NCBI RefSeq assembly: GCF_006345805.1 | Contig: NC_043005.1 | Location: forward strand, 100,378,001 to 100,442,000 | Reading direction: 5' to 3' | Length of the DNA: 64,000 bases | From: Octopus sinensis | Lineage: Eukaryota | Part shown: piece by piece, positions 12,681-24,345 of the stretch | Layout of the letters: every line of letters begins with the position of its first letter | Position numbering within the stretch: position 1 is the first letter of the stretch | The notes under the pieces: model-generated | What the model saw: only the letters and a program-made list of their open reading frames with translations | Databases searched by the model: none | Told to the model about the DNA's origin: nothing | Made by a program: the position numbers and the translations under genes

Positions 12681-13135
12681 ATGTAGTACCATACTGAACT
12701 ACTACAACTGTATGCCAGTTTTTTTTGCCAAAATTATGCTTCTGGCATTCAGCTTTGAATCTAATATTTTTCTCACTTGCTGCGAGTACTCTTTCTTTGT
12801 CTTTTCTTTCATACCATTGTGCTTAATTGAATCAGCCCCCTTTCATTACCAACCCAGTTGAAACCGGCTCTGGCTCTCTAGTACAAATGTCTAGTTTTCA
12901 TAAGTTTTGAATTAAAATTTTCCTTTACCACTTTGCACATCACACCCCAACTTTGTCTTCTGCAGTATTTCACTCTGGGAAACATTCTGAGCACAAAGAT
13001 TACTGGGAATACACTGTCCCCCTGTAAGATTCTTCTCTTGATTTTCACCTCACCTAATATTTGATTCCCTGCTGTCAATTCAGTTCTCCAGCATTTCATA
13101 CTGTTTCATATAAGTCATCTGTTTTCTGCTACAGC
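12681..13135 (-). mobile_element. R4/Dong-type LINE: RT and thumb fragments, interrupted by a MITE piece (~12835-12925)
   Basis: MKCWRTEL..LGEVKIKRRILQGDSVFPVIFV (RT QGD motif) and DSIKHNGMKEKTKKEYSQQVRKILDSKLN (thumb). Confidence 0.8.
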
Positions 13136-13196
13136 ATAGATTTCCTATTATCTTTATTATTATTATTATTACTATTATTATAATTATTATCATTAT

Positions 13197-13752
13197 TGAG
13201 TGAGAGAGCAGTGCATGCCATCAAAGTGACACTGGGGTAAAATATACGAAGCTCAGTATACCCATCATGACTATCCATCTGATAAGGGTACACCAGGCAC
13301 ATGCATCACGACCATATGTGCACCACATGGTGATCTCATATCAAGATAAACAGCACATGACCCTGCAGGTGGGGCCCAGTTAGAATTTTCTTCTGGTCGA
13401 GTAACCCATCCCGCACAGAAGGTCCCTGAATAAAGATTGTTTAAGGATGTTGAACGAACCACACATGTTTCCAAAGGTGAATTATCCAAACCCCAAAGAA
13501 TCCCTCTCAACACATGGCTATGATGCTCCCCAACAACTTCTGCTCGTGATCAGAGATGCACATATCATCAGCCAGTAAGGGCCATGCTCAACTGGTTAAG
13601 GTCAAACAACTGACAAGCAAATCTGTGGTATTGAGCAGAATATTTGCTGTAGCCCATCTTTTATACCAAGAGAAAACAATGTACATGATAACACTTCCAA
13701 TCAGTTAAGATCAGAAGCCATGAGAACCACTGCCTGGTACTGCATCAGGGCA
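13197..13752. mobile_element. 556-bp unclassified non-autonomous element in a (TTA)n tract, copy 1
   Basis: Collinear, highly similar copy at 57235-57790. Both are flanked on both sides by TTA/ATT repeats. Confidence 0.85.
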
Positions 13753-13754
13753 TT

Positions 13755-13757
13755 TAC

Positions 13758-13801
<44 letters not shown>

Positions 13802-13822
13802 TTATTATTACTATTATTATGA

Positions 13823-13887
<65 letters not shown>

Positions 13888-14115
13888 CACTTATCTCTTT
13901 CACGTCACATCTCAGCTCCATCCTGCAGCTTAGAGATGAAACACTTTCCTCAACTCATGGACTGTTCCAAGTATTGCAGCCATCTGAATACTAACAAGTT
14001 TGGTATTTACAGCTTCTAGCACCAGAATATTGCTTTTTTTGAGATGATCCCAAATGCACTGATCGCAATAGGTACCACAATCACGTTTGAGGCTCTGTGG
14101 ATTCTTTTCATTTTC
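13755..14115 (-). mobile_element. R4/Dong-type LINE 3' end with (TAA)n tail
   Basis: VIVVPIAISAFGIISKK..., LVSIQMAAILGTVHELRKVFHL*, short UTR, then (TAA)n at 13755-13885. Confidence 0.8.
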
Positions 14116-14187
14116 AATAATTATCCTCATCATCATCATCATCATCATTATTATTATTATTATTATTATTTCAAGAATTCAAGACAG

Positions 14188-14290
14188 TCTAATATGATAT
14201 TCTGAAAATATATATTTAGCTCTTAATTAATTTCAAAATATAATTATAGTTGGCAAGGTGGTGGAGACAATGTAGGTAGTGATGCTAGTG
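14188..14290 (+). repeat. 103-bp perfect direct repeat, copy 2
   Basis: Identical to 12161-12263. Confidence 0.95.
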
Positions 14291-16210
14291 GTGGTGGTGG
14301 TGGTTGTGGTGGTGGTGATGATTATGTAGATAATAAAGAAAAGGAAGAAAGTGAAACATCTACAGTTAATCAGCTCTGCCTATTATTTCATAGAAACTGT
14401 CAGAGTGTAACGCCAATCTCCATTAGTAATCAGTTTTAATTAGAACTTACAAGTAGAACATTTTGAATTAAACAATGGAAATTTTTAAAATTCTAGCAGT
14501 GAAAATATAATTAAATAAATTAAATCCTAATATTTTTCAAACAAAAATATAGAAAGCAATATAAAATAATGACTTTATTTAATAAATAGCAGAGGTGGAG
14601 GTTAAATATGGTGGGTGTGTTGGCAGAGAGAAGAAAGAGAGTTGAAGGGTACGAGGTTCTGTGGTGTTATATGCCAGGGTTGAAGGATCCTTTGTGATGT
14701 AGCACACATGCTTGAAACTATTTGAATTCTTCAGTTGCAATTGCTTGCCAGAGAAGGTTTTGGATAAGAATTGCTGCTGGAGTGAATGTAAACAGTGATG
14801 CTTCAGCAGACAAATACAGATTAGTTGAAGATTTCAAAAGGAAGGGCAGGCAAAAGTGGAAGGAAGAGTGGCAGGAATTGACGAAGCAGTAATTTCGAGT
14901 CTATATTGAATTGGTAACATTTATTAGTTACACTGTTTGCCATGTAAGGTTGTTTCTTAGGCAATTTGACAGAGATCATTAAACAAAAGTAGGTTTAGTG
15001 TGAGAGCCAGGGAGTCAGTTTGTCAATGTACAGACAGACATTCAGTGAAAACAAGTACGCCAATAGACTGTATTCTATTGAATTTCTCAAGAATGCTGAT
15101 TACTGACTGGACAGAAATGTTTATTATATTTGCTCAACAGAGGAAAGAGCAGCAATTCTGAAAAGTTCAAAAGATATTAAGGATGGAAGAATCATGCTGC
15201 CAGCAAACAAAATTATCAAATTTAGGGTCAGGCATGGAACTTTCATCTAATGGAATTGATTTGGGGATTAGATAAATTCTTACTTATTTTAAATTCTTTT
15301 TTCTTTTTCTTGCTTTTATTTTGTTATTATAATTCCATCAAACAGAAAGGGAGGGGTTTGATATTCTTCTGGCCCTTTCAAATATTTCATTGCATCTTTT
15401 CAACAAAGGATTTCAAGTTGTATTGATGATATACAACTACTAATATTCAGTTACCTTTGTGTTGTTGTTGTTGTTGTCGTTAGCTCATATAATTATATCA
15501 TTCCTTTATCTGACTCTTCCTTACAACTTTCATAAGAATTCAGGAATATAATTTATAGACAGAGCATGTCTATTGAGGTGTTTTAGCTGTTATGAAACAG
15601 GCAACATGAACGGTAAATAAGACATTTTACTGTAAAAGAATTATGCTTCTACCAAGTCAGGCATTCCTGGAGTTTGGAACAATTACAGAATATTGACATA
15701 ACAAATAGAAGATGATTAGAATTACATAAAATATAAATAAAGTTTAAAAAAATAAACCCACAGAAATAAACATTGCTGATCTGTGTTTGAGCAAAGGAAG
15801 TCATGGAAAATATAAATGTGATAAAAAAAAAGAAAAAATGGGAGAATGTTTGTCGGAAAGTGAAGAGAATGCAATGTTTCAAATTTAAGCTCAGAGGCTG
15901 AAGGGAAAAGACGGTGAAATGTCCTAAATGTCCCCTTCTCTCCTTCCACTTCATTAATTAAATTACTTTATGTGGGATGTAGCAGCTAGAAGCTGCTCCT
16001 AAGCCAATAGGTCGGAACAGGCAGAGTTAAATAACAAATAACTAAGCCTTGACTTAAGAAATAAGTTGTTTTGTTTTGTTTTCCTTTCTTTTATGTGATT
16101 TGGTCAATACTCGTCATCGAATGTCACATGGCTACACAGTCAAAATCAATGTTTACTTCCTTTATAAAATCAATCAATATATGTAGAATAATTATTAACA
16201 CTGCATATCT

Positions 16211-16442
16211 GTTTCTTTATTACCCACAAGGGGCTACACACAGAGAGGACAAACAAGGACAGACAAACGGATTAAGTCGATTACATTGCCCCCAGTATGT
16301 AACTGGTAATTATTTAATCAACTCCGAAAGGATGAAAGGCAAAGTCGACCTTGGCGAAATTTGAACCCAGAACGTAACGGCAGACAAAATACGGCAACGC
16401 ATTTCGCCCGGCGTGCTAACATTTCTGCCAACTCGCCGCCTT
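16211..16442 (-). mobile_element. SINE family B, full length
   Basis: Reverse complement begins AAGGCGGCGAGTTGGCAGAAATGTTAGCACGCCGGGCGAAATGC and ends GTAATAAAGAAAC. Confidence 0.9.
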
Positions 16443-17659
16443 TTAAAACTGCATATCATTAAGAGAAATATTGGAGATGGCATTATAATGCTTTGCAATT
16501 GGATGCAGCACTGTTCTGGGTTCAAATCTTTTTCTGTTCAATATTATATTTGAACCCCCAGGAATTAACAGAAACAAATTGCTATTTAAGTATTGAGGTG
16601 AATCCAACCTATTATAACATGAGTCTGCATGGTTCACGGACTCTGCCTAGAAAGAAATCAATATTATTGTATTGATATTATGGAACTATTTTGAGACCGT
16701 TTATATTGCTGTTTATTTCCCATTTAAAGTTTTAGTTCACCAACTTCAACACACACTCTCCATCCACGACACACACATTGACCATCAGGCGTACGACAGT
16801 GACCTATTTATCTCATGTGGTGATTAACTTCTTCAACTATATATATAGCTTAACGAATGCTGGGAATCATACAGTGTAAATGGAAACAAAGATAAACGAG
16901 CTTCATTATTTTTGAAACACTTTTACAATTAATAACCTTTTTCGCGGAAAACAAAGAGAGAAAAAGAGAAAATGCAATTCATAAACACATACAAGAAATA
17001 AATCTATTTTCTATTTTTAATTTGTCATTTTGATGTGTGTTCAGGTATTTTCACCTCTGCACGCACACGCACGCACACGCACACACACACACACACACAC
17101 ACACTTCATCTTCAAGTGTTTTTCTGTAATAACAAGGACTTTATGAGAACTGACTTTCATGATGTTCAGAAATAAGGCAAGCAAGATAATGCTGAAGAAA
17201 CTCGAATTTAATTTCATGAAAGAGTTCAAGAAACAAGCGGTGCAGGTGTGGCTGTGTGGTGAGAAGGTTGCTCCCCAACTGCATGGTTCAGGCTCCACTA
17301 TTCGGGACTATGAATATGGAGGTAATGAAGTTGATATCCTTTTAGTCTTAATTGCTCAGAGTTCTTTGGAGTTCCCCCTCACCTTCTCTCTCATCTAACA
17401 CCTGCTTTGGCCAGCTGCTCTGCCCTCGATTGTTGCAGGCAGTAACTTGCATCACGATGCATGTTAGTAGTCCTCCTCTTAGCCAATCTACCACATTGTC
17501 TGCGTTTGAGAAAGGCTTGGCAAAATGCCAGTGCTACATGGTTATTGGTGAGGAGTGGAGTGCTTTATTACAATGATAAACCATTTTGGTTTCTTCCTAA
17601 CTGTACATGTCACGTAAAGAGCTTTTTAATGGAAGATATTTCTATGCCTGTCCAGCACT

Positions 17660-18186
17660 GGCTGCTATGTTCTGAGTTCAAATTCTGCTGAGGTCAACTT
17701 TGCCTTTCAACCTTTCGGCGTCAATTAAATAAGTACCAGTTACACACTGGGGTCGATGTAATCGACTTAATCTGTTTGTCCTCTCTGTGTTTAGCCCCTT
17801 GTGGGTAGTAAAGAAATAGGTATTTTGTCTGCCGTTACGTTCTGAGTTCAAATTCCAACGAGGTCAACTTTGCCTTTCATCCTTTCGGGGTCGATTAAAT
17901 AAGTACCAATTATGCACTGGGGTTGATGTAACGAACTTAATCCGTTTGTCTGCCCTTGTTTGTCCCCTCTGTGTTTAGCCCCTTGTGGGTAGTAAAGAAA
18001 TAGGTATTTTGTCTGCCATTACATTCTGAGTTTAAATTCCGCCGAGGTCAACTTTGCCTTTCATCCTTTCGGGGTCGATTAGATAAGTACCAGTTATGCA
18101 CTGGAGTCGATGTAATCGACTTAATCCGTTTGTCTGCCCTTGTTTGTCCCCTCTGAGTTTATCCTCTTGTGGGTAGTAAAGAAATG
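17660..18186 (+). mobile_element. Three head-less tandem units of SINE family B
   Basis: TTCTGAGTT..AATT starts at ~17670, 17840 and 18024; each unit ends GTGGGTAGTAAAGAAAT. Confidence 0.9.
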
Positions 18187-18248
18187 GGTACGCTTATAAT
18201 AACCCATAAACATCACATTTCAAAACCTTTTAGTCTGCATTTCACTTC

Positions 18249-20677
18249 TGTTGTGGTGAGAGAACAATACCCTCTGACATGAATAGATAGGACAACTACA
18301 TATAAATAGTAGTGGTCTGACATAGTCAGCAATTTGTAGTTTGGTCTTTGAAGTCCAGGTATGGTTTACAGTTTGAGTTAGTGTGTTGGAAATATTGATT
18401 GGTGGTTCGTAAGAGACTGTTAGTTCGTTGTGTGTTTGTTACCGCCACTGTTTCTATTTTGTAATTGCTATAACACTGTTACAGTGTATTCTTTATCTAT
18501 CCTCGACAATATCGACCATACAATGATATTGGAAGTGTAAGGATGCTGGAGGCAACGAGGATTTTTCGAGGCTCATCTAGGTTATTTGAAAATTTGTGTG
18601 TCATACAAATTGTTAAGTTATAGAGAAAATATTAGCTGCAATAATACAGCTTCAAGGGAAGCAACAGGAACAACAACAGGAGATGCAGAAGCAAATATTA
18701 CAACAACAACAGTTAATTGAGTTACAGTCAAGGAAGTCCGAAAATTTGGTAAGTTCCTTTATGCCAGATGGTGTGGCGAACTCGATTTCTGAATTCACTT
18801 AAAATCTGGAGGAGGCTATTATGTTTCCTGAATACTATAGAAGGTATACTCTTACTCTTTTACTCTTACACTTTTACCTGTTTCAGTCATTTGACTGTGG
18901 CCATGCTGGAGCACCGCCTTTAGTCGAGCAAATCGACCCTGGGACTTATTCTTTGTAAGCCTAGTACTTATTCTATCAGTCTCTTTTGCTGAACTGCTAA
19001 GTGACAGGGACATAAACACACCAGCATCAGTTGTCAAGCAATGCTAGGGGGATAAACATACACATATATATACATATATACGATGGGCTTCTTTTAGTTT
19101 CTGTCTATCAAATCCACTCATAAGGCTTTGGTCGGCCTGAGGCTATAGTAGAAGACACTTGCCCAAGGTGCCACGCCGTGGGACTGAAACCGGAACCATA
19201 TAGTTCGTAAGCAAGCTACTTACCACACGGCCACTCCTGCACCTATATGAAGAAATTTTTAACAAAGGTTGCAAGTCATGGTCAGATGAGAAGAAAGTGA
19301 AGCTATTACTATGCAAAGTAGCTCCAGCCAAGCATGACTGCTACTGTAACTTTAGTGAGATTTGTTTCCAAGAAACTATTGAATTTCTCACAAAGATCTT
19401 TTGTGACAAAAGATCGTTATTTAACATTCGAATGGTATGTTGGAACTGAACAAGAAATGATGATGATGACTTTATTACATACGCCGGAATACTCAACCAT
19501 ATTTGTGAAAAGTTTAAACTTCAGGAACTCACTCAGGATATGATTAAAACCCTTATCTTCATACAAAGCCTTACAGCAATCAAAGATAGAGGAATGCAGG
19601 CAAGGATTCACTCAAAAATGGAACAAGTGAACTGAGACTTAATCCTACAGACCATTGCAGAAGAATGTGAAACAATGGTAAACCTGAAGCATGATGTGAA
19701 AAAATTCAAGAGAAAGATTCCGCAAAAATAAAGATGTGTCGATCTGGGAAGTACAACAAAAATAAAAAAAGAGTGCCGGGCCGCAATCCATGTTACAGAT
19801 GTAGAGGTCTACACTTCATAAAAGCGTGTCCATTTAAAAACCGAAAATGTTATAGTTGTCAGAAACTTGGTCACAAGAGCTCATACTGCAGGACAAAATT
19901 ACAAGGGTCAAATGCGAAAAGTTCTAAGGTGTTTTCAGTAGAAAGTGAATATGACACAAAAACAAGAAAATTCATATATGTAAAATTAAATGGTGTAAAT
20001 ATTAAACTACAGGTGGGTACGGGTAGTCATATTTCAATCATAAGTGCGGATACATGGAGAATAATCAGGAAACCAATGTTATGTAAAACAGTGAAAATTG
20101 CACGTGGCATGATGGGTGATAAATTACATTTCATGGGTGAAATGTGTACAGATGTCACATTTTGAGGAGAAACACGCAAAGCAAAAACATTCATTGTAGA
20201 GAATCCAATCAATCTGTTTGGTAGAAACTGGTTGGAGTTATTTGACTTATGGGACCTCCCCACAAGTCTCTACTGCAAAATCATAAATGGTTCCATTAAA
20301 AAATAAATCGTCTGAGGAACTGAAGAGAAAATTGAAAAAGATGTTTTCTCAAGTACTATTGGAAGACTTAGGTCTATGTAAAATGACTGAAGCCTGCTTT
20401 CAAGTAGGTGGAAATGCTGTGCTTTTATTTAAATCTAACAGGAAAGTACTGTACATGGCAATTAAAATAATAAATGAAAAGTTGGACAGACTGGGAAAGA
20501 GAAGATTCACCAAAAAGGTGGATTACTATAAGTGGGTGGTGCCCATGGTGTACATTAAAAAGAAAAGTAATAAGATTAGGTTATGTGCCAATTTCTCTAC
20601 AGGATTGAACAACTGCTTAAAGACATACCACCATCCACTCATGGCTCCAAAGGACATTTTTGCAAAATCAAAAGGTT
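18249..20677 (+). mobile_element. Ty3/Gypsy LTR retrotransposon, 5' half, decayed (putative 5' LTR ~18249-18522, gag, protease, start of RT)
   Basis: Gag MQKQILQQQQ..MPDGVANSISEF..YYRRY|EEIF..WSDEKKVKLLL..ETIEFLTKIF; knuckle CYSCQKLGHKSSYC; protease KLQVGTGSHISIIS (DTG changed to GTG); RT start KWVVPMVYIKKKSNKIRLCANFSTGLN..HPL..PKDIFAK. Putative LTR starts TGTTGT; TGG at 18530. No 3' LTR. Confidence 0.85.
18849..19243 (-). mobile_element. SINE family A, full length, inserted in Gypsy gag
   Basis: Complete head to tail on the minus strand; gag reads through if it is removed (YYRRY|EEIF). Confidence 0.9.
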
Positions 20678-20740
20678 GGGACTGAACCCAGAATTATGTG
20701 GTTGGTAAGCTAGCTACTTACCACACAGCCACTCCTGCAC
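20678..20740 (-). mobile_element. SINE family A head fragment at the Gypsy truncation point
   Basis: GGGACTGAACCCAGAA..CTACTTACCACACAGCCACTCCTGCAC. Confidence 0.85.
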
Positions 20741-20902
20741 ATGTAAATATTAGGTTGAAAATTCCTTCTAGATAAAAATGTTGGAGACTGCCTGTGGGGT
20801 ATGAACACATATCTTTTATAGACATGACAAGCGTTCTACCATTGACAGCCTTTGATTTTTGCAATCCAAATAGTTTTACCCACTCAATATTTATATGCTA
20901 TT

Positions 20903-21304
20903 AAGGTGGTGAGCTGGCAGAAACATTAGCATGATGGGCGAAATGCTTAGTGGTATTTTGTCTGCCGTTACATTCTGAGTTCAAATTCCACCGAGGTCGA
21001 CTTTGCCTTTCATCCTTTCGGGGTCGATTAAATAAGTACCAGTTATGCACTGGGGTCGAAATAATCGACTTAATCCGTTTGTCTGTCCTTGTTTGTCCTC
21101 TCTGTATATAGCCCCTTGTGGGTAGTAAAGAAATAGGTATTTCATCTGTAATTATGTTCTGAGTTCAAATTCCGCCGAGGTCGACTTTGCCTTTCATCCT
21201 TTCGGAGTTGATAAATTAAATACCAGTTGCATACTAGGGTTGATCTAATCAAGTGGTCCCCTCCCCCAAAATTTCAGGCCTTGTGCCTAGAGTAGAAAAG
21301 AATA
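20903..21304 (+). mobile_element. SINE family B dimer (second unit has a different tail)
   Basis: Full head AAGGTGGTGAGCTGGCAGAAACATTAGC; second unit from ~21135 ends CTCCCCCAAAATTTCAGGCCTTGTGCCTAGAGTAGAAAAG. Confidence 0.9.
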
Positions 21305-21409
21305 CTTGCATGCTAATGTTTATTGCATGTAAATATTTTTTTGTGCTAGTACCATAAAAAAACACTCATGCTGGCATCATGAACAAGCACTCATGCTGGT
21401 GCCACATTA

Positions 21410-21607
21410 AAAGCACCCATGTGGTGCCACATTAAAAGCACTCAACACACACTGTAAAGTGGTTGGCGTTAGGAAAGGCATCCAGTTGTAGAAACCAAGT
21501 CAAATCAGACCGGAACCTGGTGCAGCTCTCCTGCTTACCAGCTCTAGTCAAACTGTCCAACCCATGCCAGCATGGAGAATGGATATTAAAGGATGATGAT
21601 GATGATA
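21410..21607 (+). mobile_element. SINE family D 3' part with (GAT)n tail
   Basis: GGTTGGCGTTAGGAAAGGCATCCAGTTGTAGAAAC..AACCCATGCCAGCATGGA..(GAT)n. Confidence 0.8.
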
Positions 21608-22082
21608 ATGATGTGCATGCTTTGAGATGCACTCAAAAGTTTATAAAATTCTTATGATCTCAACTATGGAAGCCTTTAGTAAGTTTTTATAATTAAAAGG
21701 AGATATACTGAAGGAGCTTTCCTAGTCCTTTGGGATATTTTGAACTCCACACTGAGGATTAATTATCAGCAGCAAAGATAGATCCCATCAATTGTAATTG
21801 GCTGAGAGCTGTCAAAACTTCAACCAGTCAGCTGACACTCAATAAAACAAGCTGTCTCTCCCTAAATTAATCAAGGTTTGAAATATAATAATTAAAACAG
21901 GTTCTTATAATAAGATAGGTAATTAGTATTATTTTAAAATTTGCGAATTGTATTCAAGTAGAACTAATTGGAATTCGGTGTAATTTTTCCCTGGTGTAAT
22001 TGAAAAGCAACACAAATTATTTTGGAGTGAACGCAGGAGATGGTCTCCATGCATCAGAGACTTACATACTCAGTAAATGCTT

Positions 22083-22120
<38 letters not shown>

Positions 22121-22299
22121 GCATACACATATATACACATACACAGAGTAGATGATTAGAGAAAGGAAATAAAGGGGAAAAAACATAGAGGTGCATTGTG
22201 ATGTGATGCGAGTGATAATAGATGAAAATAAAAATTATGATGAGTATTAAAGCAAGGGCTATGAATGTAAACATTTGACAGATATCTTTTGTGTTTCAT

Positions 22300-22465
22300 A
22301 TTTATTCCGGTCATTGGACTGCAGCCATAATGGTGGGTACTGCTTTCAAATGTTTAGTCAAACAAATTGACCCCAGGACTTGTTTATTTTTGTAAGTCTG
22401 GTATTTATTTTACCTTTCTCTTTGGCTGAACTTCTAAGTCACAGGGATGTAAACAAACCAATATT
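22300..22465 (-). mobile_element. SINE family A, 3' half
   Basis: Diverged match to the family A 3' segment. Confidence 0.7.
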
Positions 22466-22520
<55 letters not shown>

Positions 22521-22574
22521 GTATGTACAATCATAGAGATCAGCTGCCCTGCAGTTCTAAATAACTCTTTGAAA

Positions 22575-22830
22575 ATCGAAGGAAAGGAGGATATCTATGG
22601 AGAAGTGCTTTGAAACTTCCAGCTTCAATATCCAGACTATGAATTCATAGTTGTACCAATAATAATTGGAAAAAATAAGTTTTGTTAGTAAATGCACAAA
22701 GAAGAATCTGGATAAACTGGGATCTTCAGAAAGAGAAATTGACCGGCTAATTCCTACATTACAAGTGCAATCTGTGAGTGGAACAGTTAAAATATGCAAG
22801 ACTTTTCTCAAGTTCCAAATGTGAATTTGT
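22575..22830 (+). mobile_element. 3' end of an RLE-type (R4/NeSL-like) LINE
   Basis: KIEGKEDIYGEVL*NFQLQYPDYEFIVVPIIIG..FVSKCTKKNLDKLG..IDRLIPTLQVQSVSGTVKICKTFLKFQM*. Confidence 0.65.
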
Positions 22831-22947
22831 TTATGTTAACTGCATCCCAAAGAGGGAGCCTTGTATCTTTGTTGGAAACCGGCTCCCTCCTCAGTGGAAG
22901 ATTTATAATAATTAGAAAATAGAAGAGATATACATACAAACATATAT

Positions 22948-23095
22948 GTGGAGATGTGTGGCTTAGTGGTAAAGATGTTGCACTCATGATTGTAAGATTG
23001 TGGTTTCGGTTCCTGGACTGGGTATTCTTGAGCACAAACATTTAATTTTGTGTTGTTGCAGTCCACTCATCTAGCAAAACTGAGTAATCTTGCAT
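22948..23095 (+). mobile_element. SINE family C
   Basis: GTGGAGATGTGTGGCTTAGTGG..GGTTTCGGTTCCTGG..TGAGCACAAAC. Confidence 0.75.
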
Positions 23096-23665
23096 ATCAA
23101 ATTGGCATCCCCTCCATTGGGGAATGCATACTTTATGAGACTATGGCTTGAGAAGGACCTTTGCTATATATGTCACACCAGTAAAACTAGTCAATGCTAA
23201 AGCAATGGGCTTGTGGGCAGTTGATACATTAGATTTGGTGCTGATGAAAAAGTGTAAATATTGCACTACTAACACAAAGTAAGATACAATACTGACTTCT
23301 AAACTTGTAATATACTTGATAGTAAATTATGGTTGGAAAACGAAATGCTATATCCTTACCAGTAGTTAATATGTATATACCAGTTGCTAGGAATGTGTTT
23401 AATATGTAAATTGATCTATTCAGTTGTGTTGCACCATTAAACATAGTGGGCATTTAAGCAATGTGTTTGTGGATAGTTGATGGGTCAGATGTGGTACTGA
23501 TGAAAGAGCAATAAGTCTTGAAATATGTATATACACCCATTTCCTATTTTCTCTGTCTCTGATTATCTTGTTGACATACAGATGTTTGTTTATGAAACGT
23601 CATAACTTGAAATGCTGGCTCTGAAATCTATTGAAAACCTATGGGGATAAACATGAAACTTTGAT

Positions 23666-23719
<54 letters not shown>

Positions 23720-23721
<2 letters not shown>

Positions 23722-24085
23722 ATGAAGAGCTTCCAAACAGTTATTTACCAAATTCACTCACAAGGCAATGGTTGACCCGGGGTTGTAGTAGAAGACACTT
23801 GCTCAAGGTGCTGTGTAGTGGGACTGAACCCAAAACCACATGGTTGCAAAGTGAGCTCCTTAAACACATAGCCAGCCATATCTGTGCTTATATACAGATG
23901 TATGTATGCAGGCTCAGTTGTGGCTATATGGTGAGAAGCTTCCTTCCGAACCACGGTTCCAGGTTCAGTCCCACTATGTGGCACCTTGAGCGAGTGTCTT
24001 CTACTGTAGCCTTGGGCCTACCAAAGTCTGGTGAGTGGGTTTGGGTGGAAACTGAAAGAAGCTCTGTGTGTGTGTGTGCACGTGC

Positions 24086-24133
<48 letters not shown>

Positions 24134-24345
24134 GCGTGTGCTTGTCTTCCACTGTTGCTTTACGAGTGATGTTGGTGTGTTTACATTCCCTCAACTTAGC
24201 ATTTCTGCTAAGATGAGTGACCGATAGAATAAGTACCAGGTTTAACAAAAAGTAAGCACAGGCTTGATTCAGATGACTTAAAATTCTTCAAGGCAGTGCC
24301 CCAGCATGGCCGTTGTTTAATGACTGAAACAAGTAAACAATAAAA
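23720..24345. mobile_element. Head-to-head pair of family A SINEs (minus 5' half 23720-23880; plus full copy 23910-24345)
   Basis: Family A motifs in opposite orientations. Confidence 0.8.

Noticed and set aside
12310-13135. Twin-priming 5' inversion as the cause of the opposite-strand LINE pieces
   Set aside because: The pieces converge (endonuclease then RT, tail to tail) rather than diverge, and the 3' end is detached. A later inversion fits better.
13565-13571. CTGATGA (and CTGACGA at 57603-57609) on the minus strand of the 556-bp element, suggesting a hammerhead
   Set aside because: It is followed by U rather than a purine-started stem II, with GAAG instead of GAAA in both copies and no stem I/III. 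No hammerhead fold could be built.
14630-14900. Possible decayed CR1/L2 3' end on the minus strand
   Set aside because: Only a vague compositional resemblance; no motif could be read convincingly.
15128-15275. Open frame after TTTGCTCAACAG (ERAAILKSSKDIKDGRIMLPANKLSNLG...)
   Set aside because: About 45 codons, no recognisable homology and no convincing donor; within chance expectation.
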